This document shows, one piece after another, positions 40,794 through 51,136 of a DNA stretch of 64,000 bases (position 1 is the stretch's first letter; each line of letters begins with the position of its first letter). The notes below the pieces were generated by a model that ran no database searches, was not told the DNA's origin, and worked only from the letters and a program-made list of their open reading frames with translations. The position numbers were made by a program, and so were the translations under genes. Source of the DNA: Thermoanaerobaculia bacterium (lineage in GTDB: Bacteria > Acidobacteriota > Thermoanaerobaculia > Multivoradales > UBA5704); assembly GCA_035490435.1 (NCBI GenBank), contig DATHEF010000027.1:20193-84192 (forward strand). The letters are read 5' to 3'.

Positions 40794-43282
40794 GCGGTCT
40801 TCCTCGTCACCAGGTTCATCAGCCGCCCCGGAACCAGGACGGCCTTGGCCACCTCCCGCCCCGCCAGGTGCTCCTGCACCTTCGGGCTGGCGAGAACTAT
40901 GGCGCGCACCTCTTGCTCGCCGGCGGTGGCATCCACCTCCACCCGGTCGCGCAGCTTGCCGTCGACCTGGACGACCAGGGAAATGCGGTCGCGGTGGAGC
41001 TTCGCCTCATCGTACCGCGGCCAGGAGGTGTCGAGCAGGCTACCTGTGTACCCGCGGCGCTCCCAGAGCTCCTCGGTGATGTGAGGCGCCAGGGGGTGCA
41101 GGAGCTGCACCAAAGTGTCGAACGCCGCCTCGCAGCACAGCCGCGAAGCGGTCTTCTCCTCCAGCGCCCGCGACAGGCTGTTCGACAGCTCCATCAGCGA
41201 CGCCACGGCGGTGTTGAAAGAGAAGCGCTCGAAGCTCTGCGTCACCCGCTGAATGGTGGCGTGGCGGTCGCGCTCGAGCTCGACGTCGGACGGCGCCGTG
41301 GGCGGGGCCTCGGGCAGCCGCTCCTGCATCCGCCAGACCCGCGAGAGGAACCGGTAGGCGCCCGATACCGCCTCGTTGCTCCACTCGGCTTCCTTCTCCG
41401 GCGGACCGATGAAAAGCGTGTAGACCCGCTCGGTGTCGGCCCCCATCTCGTCGATCAGCTCGTCCGGCGAGACCGTGTTGCCGCGCGACTTCGACATCTT
41501 CTCCACCCGCCCGGACTTGTCCGAGAAGCGGGTGATCATCCCCTGGTTGAACAGGTTCTGGAACGGCTCCTCGATCCCCACCATCCCGAAGTCGTGCAGC
41601 ACCTTGCAGATGAACCGCGCGTAGAGCAGGTGGAGGATCGCGTGCTCGATGCCGCCGATGTACTGGTCGACCGGCATCCAGCGGTTGGCGATCTCGGGAT
41701 CGAACATCCGCGTCGCGTCGCGCGGCGAGAGGTAGCGCAGGTAGTACCAGGAGCTGTCGACGAAGGTGTCCATGGTGTCGGTCTCGCGCCGGGCGGGGCC
41801 GCCGCACTTCGGGCACCGGGTCTCGACGAACGACTTCGAGCGCGACAGCGGGTTCCCCTCGCGGCCGGTGAACTCGACGTCATAGGGGAGCTCGACCGGG
41901 AGCTGATCGTCCGGCAGCGGCACCATGCCGTCCTGCTCGCAGTAGACGACCGGGATCGGGGTCCCCCAGTAGCGCTGGCGCGAGATCAGCCAGTCGCGCA
42001 GCCGGTAGACCACCTTGCGGCGGCCGAACCCCTGCGCCGCCATCCAGTCGATGAACTTGCCGATCGTCTCCTCGCCGTCCGCCAGGCCGTCGAACGGCGG
42101 AGCATTGCGGATCACCCCCTCGTGCAGGATGGGCTCGGCCAGGCTCGCCGGGTCGATCGCTTCCCCCTCAGGATGGTAGACAAGGCGTACCGGCAATCCT
42201 TCCTGGCGGGCGAAGGCGAGGTCGCGCGCGTCGTGGGCCGGCACCGCCATGATGGCGCCGGTGCCGTACTCGGGCAGCACGTAGTTGGCGAGCCAGACGG
42301 GGATCTCCTCCCCCGTCGCCGGGTTGACCGCCATCGCGCCGGTGTCGCGCCCCTCCTTGGGATTCTCCTCGGCCGAGCGCTGGATGCGCGGAGTGTTGCG
42401 CACCGTCTCGATCCAGGCCTCGATCCCGGCGCGGTCGGGGTGCCCGGCGATCAGCCGCGCGGCGAACGGATGCTCGGGCGCCAGCACCAGGAAGGTGGCG
42501 CCGTGGATGGTGTCCGGACGGGTGGTGAAGACGGTCAGCGTCTCCTCCATGGCGGGCAGCCGGAAGTCGACCTCCCCACCCTCGGAGCGGCCGATCCAGT
42601 TGCGCTGCATCACCTTGACCTTCTCGGGCCACCCCTCCAGGCCGTCGAGCCCGGCGAGCAGGCGGTCGGCGAAGTCGGTGATGCGGAAGAACCATTGCTC
42701 GAGGTCGCGCTGGACGACCGGCGTGCCGCAGCGCTCGCAGGCGCCGTCCACCACCTGCTCGTTGGCGAGCACGGTCTGGCAGCTCGAGCACCAGTTGACC
42801 GGCGCCATCTTCTTGTAGGCGATCCCCTTCTCCAGCATGCGCAGGAACAGCCACTGGTTCCAGCGGTAGTAGTCCGGGAAGCAGGAGGCGATCTCCTTGG
42901 ACCAGTCGTAGAGGATCCCCCAGCGCCGGAACTGCTCCTTCATCACCTTGATGTTGGCCAGCGTCCAGTCGTTCGGATGGATGCCGCGCTGGATGGCGGC
43001 GTTCTCGGCCGGCAGGCCGAAGGCGTCCCAGCCCATCGGGTTGAGCGCCCGCTTGCCGTTCATCCGCAAGTAGCGGTAGAGGGAGTCGCCCAGGATGTAG
43101 TTGCGCCCGTGCCCGACGTGGAGGCGGTCCCCCGACGGATAGGGGAACATCATCAGCATGTAGTACTTGTCTTGGGAATGGCTGTCGCCGGCCTGGCGCA
43201 GGTCCACCTCGGCCGCCCGTGTCTTTTCCCAGCGGTCCTGCCATTTGGCCTCGACGGCCTTGTGGTCGTATGGCGTGCTCAT
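40790..43282 (-). CDS. leuS: Leucine--tRNA ligase
   Basis: MSTPYDHKAVEAKWQDRW start, HIGH (PYPSGDRLHVGH), KMSKS (KMSKSRGN), 830 aa. Confidence 0.95.
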   Translation of the reverse strand: MSTPYDHKAVEAKWQDRWEKTRAAEVDLRQAGDSHSQDKYYMLMMFPYPSGDRLHVGHGRNYILGDSLYRYLRMNGKRALNPMGWDAFGLPAENAAIQRGIHPNDWTLANIKVMKEQFRRWGILYDWSKEIASCFPDYYRWNQWLFLRMLEKGIAYKKMAPVNWCSSCQTVLANEQVVDGACERCGTPVVQRDLEQWFFRITDFADRLLAGLDGLEGWPEKVKVMQRNWIGRSEGGEVDFRLPAMEETLTVFTTRPDTIHGATFLVLAPEHPFAARLIAGHPDRAGIEAWIETVRNTPRIQRSAEENPKEGRDTGAMAVNPATGEEIPVWLANYVLPEYGTGAIMAVPAHDARDLAFARQEGLPVRLVYHPEGEAIDPASLAEPILHEGVIRNAPPFDGLADGEETIGKFIDWMAAQGFGRRKVVYRLRDWLISRQRYWGTPIPVVYCEQDGMVPLPDDQLPVELPYDVEFTGREGNPLSRSKSFVETRCPKCGGPARRETDTMDTFVDSSWYYLRYLSPRDATRMFDPEIANRWMPVDQYIGGIEHAILHLLYARFICKVLHDFGMVGIEEPFQNLFNQGMITRFSDKSGRVEKMSKSRGNTVSPDELIDEMGADTERVYTLFIGPPEKEAEWSNEAVSGAYRFLSRVWRMQERLPEAPPTAPSDVELERDRHATIQRVTQSFERFSFNTAVASLMELSNSLSRALEEKTASRLCCEAAFDTLVQLLHPLAPHITEELWERRGYTGSLLDTSWPRYDEAKLHRDRISLVVQVDGKLRDRVEVDATAGEQEVRAIVLASPKVQEHLAGREVAKAVLVPGRLMNLVTRKTA

Positions 43283-43305
43283 CCCTCGGCTCTTTCTGTG
43301 TTCTC

Positions 43306-43818
43306 TTACGTCAGGCTGCCCGGAAAGGTGTGCTGCTTCAGCAGGCCGTCCAGCAGGCCGTTGACGAAACGGCCCGACTGCTCGGAGCCGAACTTCTTGG
43401 CGAGCTCGATGGCTTCGTCGAGCACCACCAGCTTGGGGGTATCCCGCTCCTCGAGCATCTCATAGACGGCGAGGCGCAGGATGTTGCGGTCCACCGGGGG
43501 CATCCGCTCCAGCCGCCAGTTGTCGGCCTGGCCGCGGATGAGCTCGTCGATCCGCTCGCGGTTGTCGACCGCGCCGCGGACCAGCAACTGGGCGTATTCG
43601 AACGCCTCCTGCACCCGCTGCTTGCGCCGGGTGTGCTCTTCCCGCTCGTCGGGCGTGGGCAGCCCCCGCTTCTTGTCCTGGGAAGCCGCCTCGCGCGCCA
43701 GATATTCCGAGAGATCGAACGAGTTGAAGATGTTTGGCAGCGAGCTCCCTCCCAGATCGTTCTGATACAGCATCTGGACCGCCATCTCCCGCGCCATTCG
43801 CCGCTTTCCTGCCGTCAT
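43306..43818 (-). CDS. nusB: Transcription antitermination factor NusB
   Basis: MTAGKRRMAREMAVQMLYQ matches the NusB N-terminus. The upstream 31 codons of the six-frame ORF are probably not translated. Confidence 0.8.
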   Translation of the reverse strand: MTAGKRRMAREMAVQMLYQNDLGGSSLPNIFNSFDLSEYLAREAASQDKKRGLPTPDEREEHTRRKQRVQEAFEYAQLLVRGAVDNRERIDELIRGQADNWRLERMPPVDRNILRLAVYEMLEERDTPKLVVLDEAIELAKKFGSEQSGRFVNGLLDGLLKQHTFPGSLT

Positions 43819-43932
43819 GTACCTCGCCTCAAAGAGCCCAGTCGAAAACGTCATCGAAGTCGATTGAAAACAATGGCCGCTCCCGCGACCGGGAACGGCC
43901 GTCCGAATCATAGCCGCCGCAGGGACGATCCG

Positions 43933-44421
43933 CTAGCGTCCGGAGCCGCCGCGGAGCCGCGCGAAGAGATCCGCCATCTCGAGGGCGGCGAGCGCCGCCT
44001 CCCAACCCTTGTTGCCCGCCTTGCCGCCGGCCCGCTCGGCCGCCTGCTCCGAGCTGTCGCAGGTCAGCAGGCCGAAGCCCACCGGCACCCGGTGGCGCTC
44101 GGCCACCGCCGCGATGCCGCGGCTCGCCTGGCTGCAGATGTAGTCGAAATGGGGCGTCTCCCCCCGGATCACCACGCCGATCGCGACCAGGCCGTCGACC
44201 TTGCCGGCCACCGCCAGCTCCTCGAGCGCCGGCGGGATCTCCCAGGCGCCCGGAACCGACACGAGATGGATCTCCCCCGGCTCGACCCCGTGCCGGCGCA
44301 GGCAGTCGACGGCGCCGGCGACCAGCAGGTCGCCGATGCGCGAGTTGAAGCGCGACGCGACGATGCCGAACCGCCGGCCGGCGCCGCTCAGAGCCCCTCT
44401 TGTCTCTTGGATTTCACTCAA
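43933..44421 (-). CDS. ribH: 6,7-dimethyl-8-ribityllumazine synthase
   Basis: FGIVASRFN...VPGAWEIP...GVVIRGETPHFDYV-like motifs; classic ribH-nusB pairing. Confidence 0.9.
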   Translation of the reverse strand: MSEIQETRGALSGAGRRFGIVASRFNSRIGDLLVAGAVDCLRRHGVEPGEIHLVSVPGAWEIPPALEELAVAGKVDGLVAIGVVIRGETPHFDYICSQASRGIAAVAERHRVPVGFGLLTCDSSEQAAERAGGKAGNKGWEAALAALEMADLFARLRGGSGR

Positions 44422-44499
44422 AATAGTGCCTTTCGGAAGCGCGGGCAGTATAGGAAGGGGCCGCCGCGGGAGTCAATCCAGGAACCGGCTAGAGACCGG

Positions 44500-45210
44500 C
44501 TAGAGACCGGCGAGGCCGGTCCCCCCCGCCATCTGCCGCAGGAAGATCCCGTAGCTGGGCGCGAAGAGCGACTTGACCAGCAGGTCGATCACGATCCCCG
44601 CCAGGGCGAGCGCCATCAGGCGCAGCTCCCAGCGTTCGAACGGCCAGGCCCGGCGCGCCGGCAGGGGCCGCGAGAACAGCGCCCCGAGCAGCACGAAGGC
44701 GCACACCCGCACCACCGACCAGGGCACCCAGGCGGCGAACGACCCCAGCAGCGGATGGCCGCTCGCCGCCGCATAGCTTCCCACGAAGTAGCTCATGTAG
44801 GCCACCAGGAACGCCCCGAGGGCGAGGCCGAGGTAGCCGCCGCTCGCCCAGGTCAGCAGGACGAAGACGCCGAAGTGCAGGAGATGCTGCGGAATGAAGA
44901 CGCGCGGATCGTTCTCCGGCGCCACCCCGGTCGAGATCCAGCCGAACATCTCCCGGCGGTAGTCCTCGCCGTGGAGGATGCCGCCGCGGGCCGCCTCCGG
45001 CGCCCAGAGCGTCAGCAGGATCACGCCGGCGCTCAGGGCACAGGCCCAGATCATGCCGAACGTCCAGGCGCCGAGGTAGTCCCGCGTCCGCACCCGCTCG
45101 CGGAAGGCCGGCCAGAGGGTCAGCGGCGCGATCAGCGGCAGGGCCCACTGCCCGCCGGGCACATAGGCCATGAGAGGGAGAAAGAGAGTGAGCGGCAGCA
45201 GCCAGCTCAC
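44500..45210 (-). CDS. Integral membrane protein (hypothetical, ~6 TM)
   Basis: Hydrophobic throughout. Probable GTG start at 45210 overlapping the SDR TGA (GTGA). The six-frame ORF is over-extended into the SDR gene. Confidence 0.5.
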   Translation of the reverse strand: MSWLLPLTLFLPLMAYVPGGQWALPLIAPLTLWPAFRERVRTRDYLGAWTFGMIWACALSAGVILLTLWAPEAARGGILHGEDYRREMFGWISTGVAPENDPRVFIPQHLLHFGVFVLLTWASGGYLGLALGAFLVAYMSYFVGSYAAASGHPLLGSFAAWVPWSVVRVCAFVLLGALFSRPLPARRAWPFERWELRLMALALAGIVIDLLVKSLFAPSYGIFLRQMAGGTGLAGL

Positions 45211-45923
45211 AGGGCGCCCCCGGCCGGCCCCAGGTGGACCTCCTCGACCAGGGTCGCGGGATCGGCGTCGAGGATGTAGCCCAGGGCCCGTGCCACCTCG
45301 CGGGGGGGCACCATGGCCGCGCGGTTCCACTCGCCGGGGAGGCGGTCCCAGATCGGCGTGTCGGTCGCTCCCGGGTAGAGCGCGCTGATCCGCACGCCGC
45401 TCCCCGCCAGTTCCTCGCGCAGCGCCGCCACCAGGCCGGCCAGCCCCCACTTGCTGGCGCAGTAGGCCGACCAGCCGGCGAACCCCCGCCGGGCGGCGAC
45501 CGAGAGGATTGGGAAGATCCACCCCCGGCCGCGCTCCTTCATCGCCGGCAGCAGGGCGCGGAGGAGCAGGAAGACGCCGGTCAGGTTGGTGTCGACGATC
45601 GCCGCGAAGTCGTCCGGCTTGGTCTCCTCCACCGGCGCGATGATGGTCGCTCCGGCGGCCGGCACTACCACGTCGGCCGCGCCCCAGCGCGCTCCGATCT
45701 CCTCGGCGCAGCGCTCCAGCGCCACCTCGTCGCGCACGTCGCAGGGGAGGATGAGCCCGTCCGCTCGCCGTCCCGCGAGGTCGAGAGTTTCCTCCAGGGG
45801 CGCCAGCCGCCGGCCCAGCAGCGCCAGGGCGTACCCCCGCCGAGCCAGCTCCAGGGCGATCTCCCGCCCCAGACCGGAGCCTCCACCGCTCACCACGGCG
45901 ACGCCGCGCGATTCCGTGCTCAT
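45207..45923 (-). CDS. SDR-family oxidoreductase
   Basis: VSGGGSGLGREIA and YCASKWG motifs. Confidence 0.85.
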   Translation of the reverse strand: MSTESRGVAVVSGGGSGLGREIALELARRGYALALLGRRLAPLEETLDLAGRRADGLILPCDVRDEVALERCAEEIGARWGAADVVVPAAGATIIAPVEETKPDDFAAIVDTNLTGVFLLLRALLPAMKERGRGWIFPILSVAARRGFAGWSAYCASKWGLAGLVAALREELAGSGVRISALYPGATDTPIWDRLPGEWNRAAMVPPREVARALGYILDADPATLVEEVHLGPAGGAL

Positions 45924-45944
45924 GGCGCGTAGCCTATCAGCAGG

Positions 45945-48176
45945 TCATTTCGGCAGGTCAGCCGCGGCTACCAACGCCTCGCGATGGATCGCCTCCGACT
46001 CTGCCCAGCGCCCCTGACGGTAGAGCGCGGTGGCCAGATGCGCCAGCGTCATGGCCAGGTCGGGGTGCTCCTGGCCAAGAATCCGCCGCTGCGCCCGCAG
46101 GGAAGCTCGCAGCAGGTTCTCCGCCTCCTTGAACTTGCCCGCCTCGATCAGGACCTCTCCGACGTTCGTCTGAAAGCGATAGAGGCCCGGATCCTGGGGA
46201 TCCAGAACCTTGCGCTCGACGATCAGCCCCTGCCGGGCAATCCTCTCGGCGGCGGCGTAATTTCCCAGACCCTTCTTCGATTTGGCGAGCAGGAGCAGAC
46301 TCTCGGCCACGGTCGGCCCGATCGCTCCCTCGACCCGCATCGCGATGGAGAGGGCCTCCCGGTGCAGCTTCTCGGCTTCGGTGGATTCCCCTTTCGTCAC
46401 CAGGAGATCGCCCAGTTGATTCAGCGCCTTCGCGGTCTCCAGGCGGCGGTCGCCCAACCGGCTCCGTTTAATCGCCAGGGCGCGGCGGAGCAGCTCCTCG
46501 GAGTCGGCGTAAGCGGAACGGTCCTGCTTGAGCCGGCCCAGATGCTCCAGGCTGTCCGCGACCTCCATGGACGATGGCCCGAAGGTCGCGCTACGGAGCT
46601 CGAGGCCCCGCTCGAGCAGCGGCTCGGCGCGGTCGTAGCGGCCAAGGCCCCGCTCGACCTCGCCAATGGCATCCATCAGCGCCGCCTGGATGTCGGGCTG
46701 TCGCGAGAGATCCCGCGAGACCCGCTCGGCCCCGCGGGTCATGATCTCGTCCGCCGTCAAGCGCTCCCCCTTGGTGTGATAGGGATCGGCATCCTTGAAG
46801 GTGTCCAGCAGGAAGGTCAGGGAGTAGCGGGCCTTGTCGCGCTCCCGGGCGATCCGCCGCCCCTGCACGATCAGGCTGCCGATGAACCCCGCGACGAGCA
46901 GGACCACCACCGCGGCGGCGGCCACGCCCGCGCGATGGCGCCGCACGAATTTGCGGGCGCGGTATGGCAGCGTATCCGGCCGCGCCATCACCGGCAGGCT
47001 CTGGAGATGGCTATCGAGGTCCCGGGCGAGTTGCGCCGCCGAGCCGTACCGCCGCCCGGGATCCTTGCGCAGCGCCATCAGTACGATGTTGTCGAGGTCC
47101 CCCCGCAACCGCCGTTGCAAGGCGTGTGGCCGCATTCCACGAGCCTGGGCTATCGCCTCGGGCGAAAGCGCGCCGGCGACGGCGCGGAACAGGGCGACGC
47201 TCGGCCGCTCCGGCTCCTGCTCGCAGATCGCGCGCTCGATCTCGTGCGGCAGGCCGTTCACCACCCGGTAGGGGCTGCGGCCAGCGAGCAGCTCGTAGAG
47301 CAGGACGCCCAGCGCGTAGACGTCGCTGGTGGTGGCGATCGCCTCCCCCCGGACCTGCTCCGGGCTGGCGTAGACCGGAGTCATCATCCGCAGCCCGGTC
47401 CGCGTCATATTGGGGACCGTCGAGGCGCCGGGCTCCAGCCGCTTGGCGATGCCGAAGTCGAGCAGCTTCGGCTCCCCCGCGGCGGTGACCAGGATGTTGG
47501 CCGGCTTCAGATCGCGATGAACCAGCAGGTTCTGATGGGCGTACTGGACGGCGGCGCAGATCTGGCGGAAGAGATCGAGCCGCTGGTCGATCGAGAGCTG
47601 ATGGGCGTCGCAGTACTCGTCGACGGGCACCCCCTCGACGAGCTCCATGACCAGATAGGGGCGGCCGTCCTCCGTGCTGCCGCCGTCGTAGAGGCGGGCG
47701 ATGTTGGGGTGCTCGAGGCGGGCCAGGATCTGCCGTTCGGCAAAGAAGCGATGGAGCGCCTCGGGGCTCTGCAGCCCTGAGCGGATGACCTTGACCGCGA
47801 CGTCCCGCTCGTAGTGCTCGTCCTCGCGGCGGGCGAGATAGACAGTGCCCATCCCGCCGTCGCCCAGCCGGCGCAGCAGCCGGTAGGGGCCGAGGCGCCC
47901 CTCCAGCTCCGGCACGAAACCCAGCAGCTCGCCCGCCGGGCGTTCGAGGAATGTGGCGCTGGCGCTCTCCTCATCCGCGGCGAGGAGCTCCTCGACCGCC
48001 CGCAGCAGCTCGGCGTCCCCCTGGCATGCCGCCGCGAGAAAGGCCTCCCGCTCTCCAGCCGGCCGTTCCAGGGCCTCGGCGAAGAGGGTATCGATCTGCC
48101 GCCAGCGGTCCGGCTGGATCAAGCCTCCGTCCCCGGCTGCAGCTCCTTGTAGAGCCACGCCTTGGCCCGCCGCCAT
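45945..48176 (-). CDS. Ser/Thr protein kinase with C-terminal TPR domain
   Basis: Hanks kinase motifs (GGMGTVYLAR, VAVKVI, HRDLKPANILV, DFGIA, SPEQ), TM segment, ~300-aa TPR array. Start is uncertain; the ATG at 48176 overlaps the sigma gene by 58 nt. Confidence 0.85.
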   Translation of the reverse strand: MAAGQGVALQGAAAGDGGLIQPDRWRQIDTLFAEALERPAGEREAFLAAACQGDAELLRAVEELLAADEESASATFLERPAGELLGFVPELEGRLGPYRLLRRLGDGGMGTVYLARREDEHYERDVAVKVIRSGLQSPEALHRFFAERQILARLEHPNIARLYDGGSTEDGRPYLVMELVEGVPVDEYCDAHQLSIDQRLDLFRQICAAVQYAHQNLLVHRDLKPANILVTAAGEPKLLDFGIAKRLEPGASTVPNMTRTGLRMMTPVYASPEQVRGEAIATTSDVYALGVLLYELLAGRSPYRVVNGLPHEIERAICEQEPERPSVALFRAVAGALSPEAIAQARGMRPHALQRRLRGDLDNIVLMALRKDPGRRYGSAAQLARDLDSHLQSLPVMARPDTLPYRARKFVRRHRAGVAAAAVVVLLVAGFIGSLIVQGRRIARERDKARYSLTFLLDTFKDADPYHTKGERLTADEIMTRGAERVSRDLSRQPDIQAALMDAIGEVERGLGRYDRAEPLLERGLELRSATFGPSSMEVADSLEHLGRLKQDRSAYADSEELLRRALAIKRSRLGDRRLETAKALNQLGDLLVTKGESTEAEKLHREALSIAMRVEGAIGPTVAESLLLLAKSKKGLGNYAAAERIARQGLIVERKVLDPQDPGLYRFQTNVGEVLIEAGKFKEAENLLRASLRAQRRILGQEHPDLAMTLAHLATALYRQGRWAESEAIHREALVAAADLPK

Positions 48177-48724
48177 TCGCGGCCGACCGTCTCGGGCGAG
48201 ATGCCGAGCTGCGTGGCGGTCTCCTCGAGAGTCAGACCGCCGAAGAACCGGAGCTCCACCACCGCGGCCTTGCGCGGATCGATCGCCTCCAGGCTCTGCA
48301 GCGCCTCGTCCACCGCCAGCAGATCGGCGCTCTTCACGGATGCCAGGTCGGCGATCTCGGCCAGCGTCACCTTCTCCGCCTTCCCACCCCGCTTCTGCCG
48401 GTTCTGGTGGCGGGCGTAGTCCACCAGGATGCGCCGGATCAGGTGGGCGGCGAAGGCGAAGAAATGCTCGCGGCTGGGCCAGTAGAAGCCCTCCTGCCCG
48501 TCGAGGCGCATATAGGCCTCGTGGACGATCGCGGTCGCCTGGAGCGTGTGGTCGCCGCGCTCGCGGCGGAGCTGTTGCGAGGCGATGCGGCGCAACTCGT
48601 CATAGATCAGGGGCAGGACCCGCGTCGCCGCCTCCTGATCGCCGGCGCTCCACTTCTGGAGCAACTGCGTGACCCCTACCCCGGCCAGGTTGGTAACTCT
48701 CGTGCCTGGAACTTGCTCCTTCAA
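48119..48724 (-). CDS. ECF-type sigma-70 family RNA polymerase sigma factor
   Basis: Region 2 (LIYDELRRIASQQL...HEAYMRL) and region 4 HTH (LEETATQLGISPETVGREWRRAKAWL). Directly upstream of the kinase. Confidence 0.85.
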   Translation of the reverse strand: MKEQVPGTRVTNLAGVGVTQLLQKWSAGDQEAATRVLPLIYDELRRIASQQLRRERGDHTLQATAIVHEAYMRLDGQEGFYWPSREHFFAFAAHLIRRILVDYARHQNRQKRGGKAEKVTLAEIADLASVKSADLLAVDEALQSLEAIDPRKAAVVELRFFGGLTLEETATQLGISPETVGREWRRAKAWLYKELQPGTEA

Positions 48725-48851
48725 TCGCGCGCCTCCCGGAACCGTCGATCTCTGGATTCAGACTCCTCGCTATGCCTATTTCACATAAAGTATAGCTGAG
48801 ATCGCCTGCGAGAAAGACGGGAACGGCCAGGAGGGAAAGGAGGAGGGAAAT

Positions 48852-48928
48852 TGGTCGGGACGCCGGGATTTGAACCCGGGACCCCCTGAACCCCATTCAG
48901 GTACGCTACCAGACTGCGCTACGTCCCG
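48852..48928 (-). tRNA. tRNA-Pro (anticodon GGG)
   Basis: Cloverleaf folded by hand: acceptor CGGGACG/CGTCCCG, D-stem GCGC, anticodon stem CCTGA/TCAGG with loop AUGGGGU, T-arm CCGGG-TTCAAAT-CCCGG, 3' ACCA encoded. Confidence 0.9.
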
Positions 48929-48945
48929 ACCGGAAAAGCGGTGTC

Positions 48946-49464
48946 TCAAGGCGATTTCGGCCCGAGGAGGGTGAGAATCTCACGTGCCTCCTGGAGGGTC
49001 TCTTCGATCCCCGAGAGGAGACGTTGTACCCGTTCGGCGGCATCCGTGTCAAGCTCGGCAGCCGCCGGGGGCCCAGGGACAGGAGGCTCAGGAACGGGCT
49101 CCGGGGCGATCACCGGCAGCGTCGCCTGCGCCGGGGGCGCCGCGGCGGCCTCTTCCTCGGATTCCGCTCCTTCCCCCTCCGGCTCTCCCAGGGCGCCGGA
49201 TGCTATCTCCCCCTCGAGCTTCTTCTTCGCCCCGGCGATCGTGTACCCCTCTTCGTAGAGGAGCTCCTTGATCCGCCGGATGATCTCCAGCTCTTTCTCG
49301 CTGTAGACGCGCTGGCCGGACCGGCTCTTGCTGGGGGTGAGCGCCGGGAACTCGGTCTCCCAGTAGCGCAGCACGTAGGGCTGGATACCGAGGGCTTTGC
49401 AGGCCTCCCCGATCTTGTAGTAAAGCCGCTTCTGGACCCGGGCCTTCGACGCCATCCGGGTCAC
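48946..49464 (-). CDS. MerR-family transcriptional regulator
   Basis: N-terminal [27 protein letters not shown] is a MerR signature. The alternative ATG at 49455 is also possible. Confidence 0.8.
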   Translation of the reverse strand: MTRMASKARVQKRLYYKIGEACKALGIQPYVLRYWETEFPALTPSKSRSGQRVYSEKELEIIRRIKELLYEEGYTIAGAKKKLEGEIASGALGEPEGEGAESEEEAAAAPPAQATLPVIAPEPVPEPPVPGPPAAAELDTDAAERVQRLLSGIEETLQEAREILTLLGPKSP

Positions 49465-49802
49465 TCGGGCTTACTGGGGAGCTTGTGGGAAAGAGTGTCG
49501 GGATGCATCTCGTCGCGCAGGCGCCGCGCCGGCTTGAAGCTCAAGCCCTTGTGCGGCCGAATGAACATCCGCTCGCCGCTCACCGGGTTGACCCCCATCC
49601 GACCCGGCCGGCGAGTAACCTCGAAGGTGCCGAAGTTCTTGATCCGGACCGGCCGGCCATCCGCCAGCGAAACCTTCACGGTCCGGAAGATGGTGTCGAC
49701 GATCTCCGCCGCCTCGTCCTTGGTCAGACCGCCGTGACGGTCGTAGACCACGTCGACGAGATCGGCCTTGGTGACACCGGGGTGGGGTTTCTTGATGGCC
49801 AT
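49461..49802 (-). CDS. ihfA: Integration host factor / HU-family DNA-binding protein (IHF alpha-like)
   Basis: [21 protein letters not shown]...[43 protein letters not shown] is a canonical IHF/HU fold with beta-arm. Confidence 0.85.
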   Translation of the reverse strand: MAIKKPHPGVTKADLVDVVYDRHGGLTKDEAAEIVDTIFRTVKVSLADGRPVRIKNFGTFEVTRRPGRMGVNPVSGERMFIRPHKGLSFKPARRLRDEMHPDTLSHKLPSKPE

Positions 49803-49867
49803 GGGCTCGGGAAAGGGACTTGCCTCAGCAGCCGGATGGGCTGAAGGAGTCCCTGAAGTATAGGAGA

Positions 49868-51136
49868 TCAAACCGGCACGAGCAAGGGAGATCCCAGCGC
49901 CGTCAGGTAGCCCTCCCGGTAGCGCGCCGCGACCGCGTCCCAGGTCAGCTCCGCCTCGGCCTTGCGCCGCCCCCGCTCCCCCATCGACCGGGCCGCCGCG
50001 GGGTCCGCGAGCAGCCGCCGCAGGGCGCCCAGCAGGGCCGCGGGATCGCGCTCCGGAACCAGCAGGCCGGTCCGGCCGTCCTCCACCGCCAGCGGGATCC
50101 CCGAGATCCCCGAGGCCACCACCGGCAGGCCGCTCGCCATCGCTTCCAGGATGACGTTCGGCAGGCCGTCCACGTTCCCCTTGCCGTCGTGCACGGCCGG
50201 CAGCACGAAGAGGTCCGCCGCCCGGTAGAGGTCCGGCAGGGTGTCGCGCAGCACCGGCCCCGGCAGATGGACCCGTCCCTCCCAGGGCCGGACCGCCTCG
50301 CGGAACGGTTCGAGCAGATCGCCGCCGCCGGCGAGTACCACCCGCAGCTCCGGAAACTCCGCGAGCAGCGCCGGCAGGACCTCGATCAGCACCTGGAACC
50401 CCTTCTTGGTCGCCATCCGGCCGACGCCGAGGAGGAGCGGCGCGCCGTTCGGAACCCCCAGCCGCCGGCGCCAGAGGGGCCGCCGTTCCGGCGCGGGAGA
50501 GAAGGCCGCGACGTCCACTCCGTAGGGGATCACCCGCGAACGCTCGGCCGGGAATCCCAGCGCGCGCACGCGGTCCACCAGCTCGGGCGAGCAGCCGGTC
50601 AGCAGGCGGGCTCGCGACAGCGCCCAGCGGGCGAACGTCCGCACCCCCGCCTTCTCCGCCAGGAACACGTCGCTGCCATGGAGCCCGATGGCGAGCGGCG
50701 TCCGCTTCTCCCTTGCCAGCGGCCCCGCCGCCGCGGCCACGATCCCATTGGGGACGATCCAGTGGGCGTGGACGAGATCGAACCGCCGCCGCCCGAGCTG
50801 CCGGCGGACCGCCCGGCGCGCGGCGAGGGCATAGAGCGGCGCGGCGAGCGCCGCCGCCCCCTTCACCCGCTCGTCCGCCTCCAGGCTGCGGCCGTAGCCC
50901 AGCACCTCGCGGCGCTCCGGGGCGTAACGGAAGGAGACGACCTCCACGCCGCCGTCGTCCCAGGCGGCGGCCACCCCTTCGGCGTGCGGCGTCAGCACGG
51001 TCACCCGGTCGCCGCCGCGGACCAGCCCGCGGGCGAGGTCGCGGATGAACGGGCCGGCCGTGTCCCCCTCGAAACGGGGGTAGGTCTGGGTGAGGAAGAG
51101 AAGTTGGAGGGGGCTCTCGCCCCTCACTCCAGCCAT
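49868..51136 (-). CDS. Glycosyltransferase family 4 (GT-B, retaining)
   Basis: C-terminal EX7E-type region (EAMASGLPVVASGISGIP...DGRTGLLV) and an N-terminal GT4 acceptor domain. Start at Met MAGVRGE, 13-nt overlap with the upstream gene. Confidence 0.8.
   Translation of the reverse strand: MAGVRGESPLQLLFLTQTYPRFEGDTAGPFIRDLARGLVRGGDRVTVLTPHAEGVAAAWDDGGVEVVSFRYAPERREVLGYGRSLEADERVKGAAALAAPLYALAARRAVRRQLGRRRFDLVHAHWIVPNGIVAAAAGPLAREKRTPLAIGLHGSDVFLAEKAGVRTFARWALSRARLLTGCSPELVDRVRALGFPAERSRVIPYGVDVAAFSPAPERRPLWRRRLGVPNGAPLLLGVGRMATKKGFQVLIEVLPALLAEFPELRVVLAGGGDLLEPFREAVRPWEGRVHLPGPVLRDTLPDLYRAADLFVLPAVHDGKGNVDGLPNVILEAMASGLPVVASGISGIPLAVEDGRTGLLVPERDPAALLGALRRLLADPAAARSMGERGRRKAEAELTWDAVAARYREGYLTALGSPLLVPV

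Noticed and set aside
40868-43465. 865-aa plus-strand ORF
   Set aside because: Antisense to leuS, the best-supported gene in the window.
48852-49871. tRNA-Pro as an integration site for a mobile element
   Set aside because: The flanking genes are an ECF sigma/kinase pair on one side and MerR/ihfA/GT genes on the other. No integrase, direct repeat of the tRNA 3' end, or GC shift was found.
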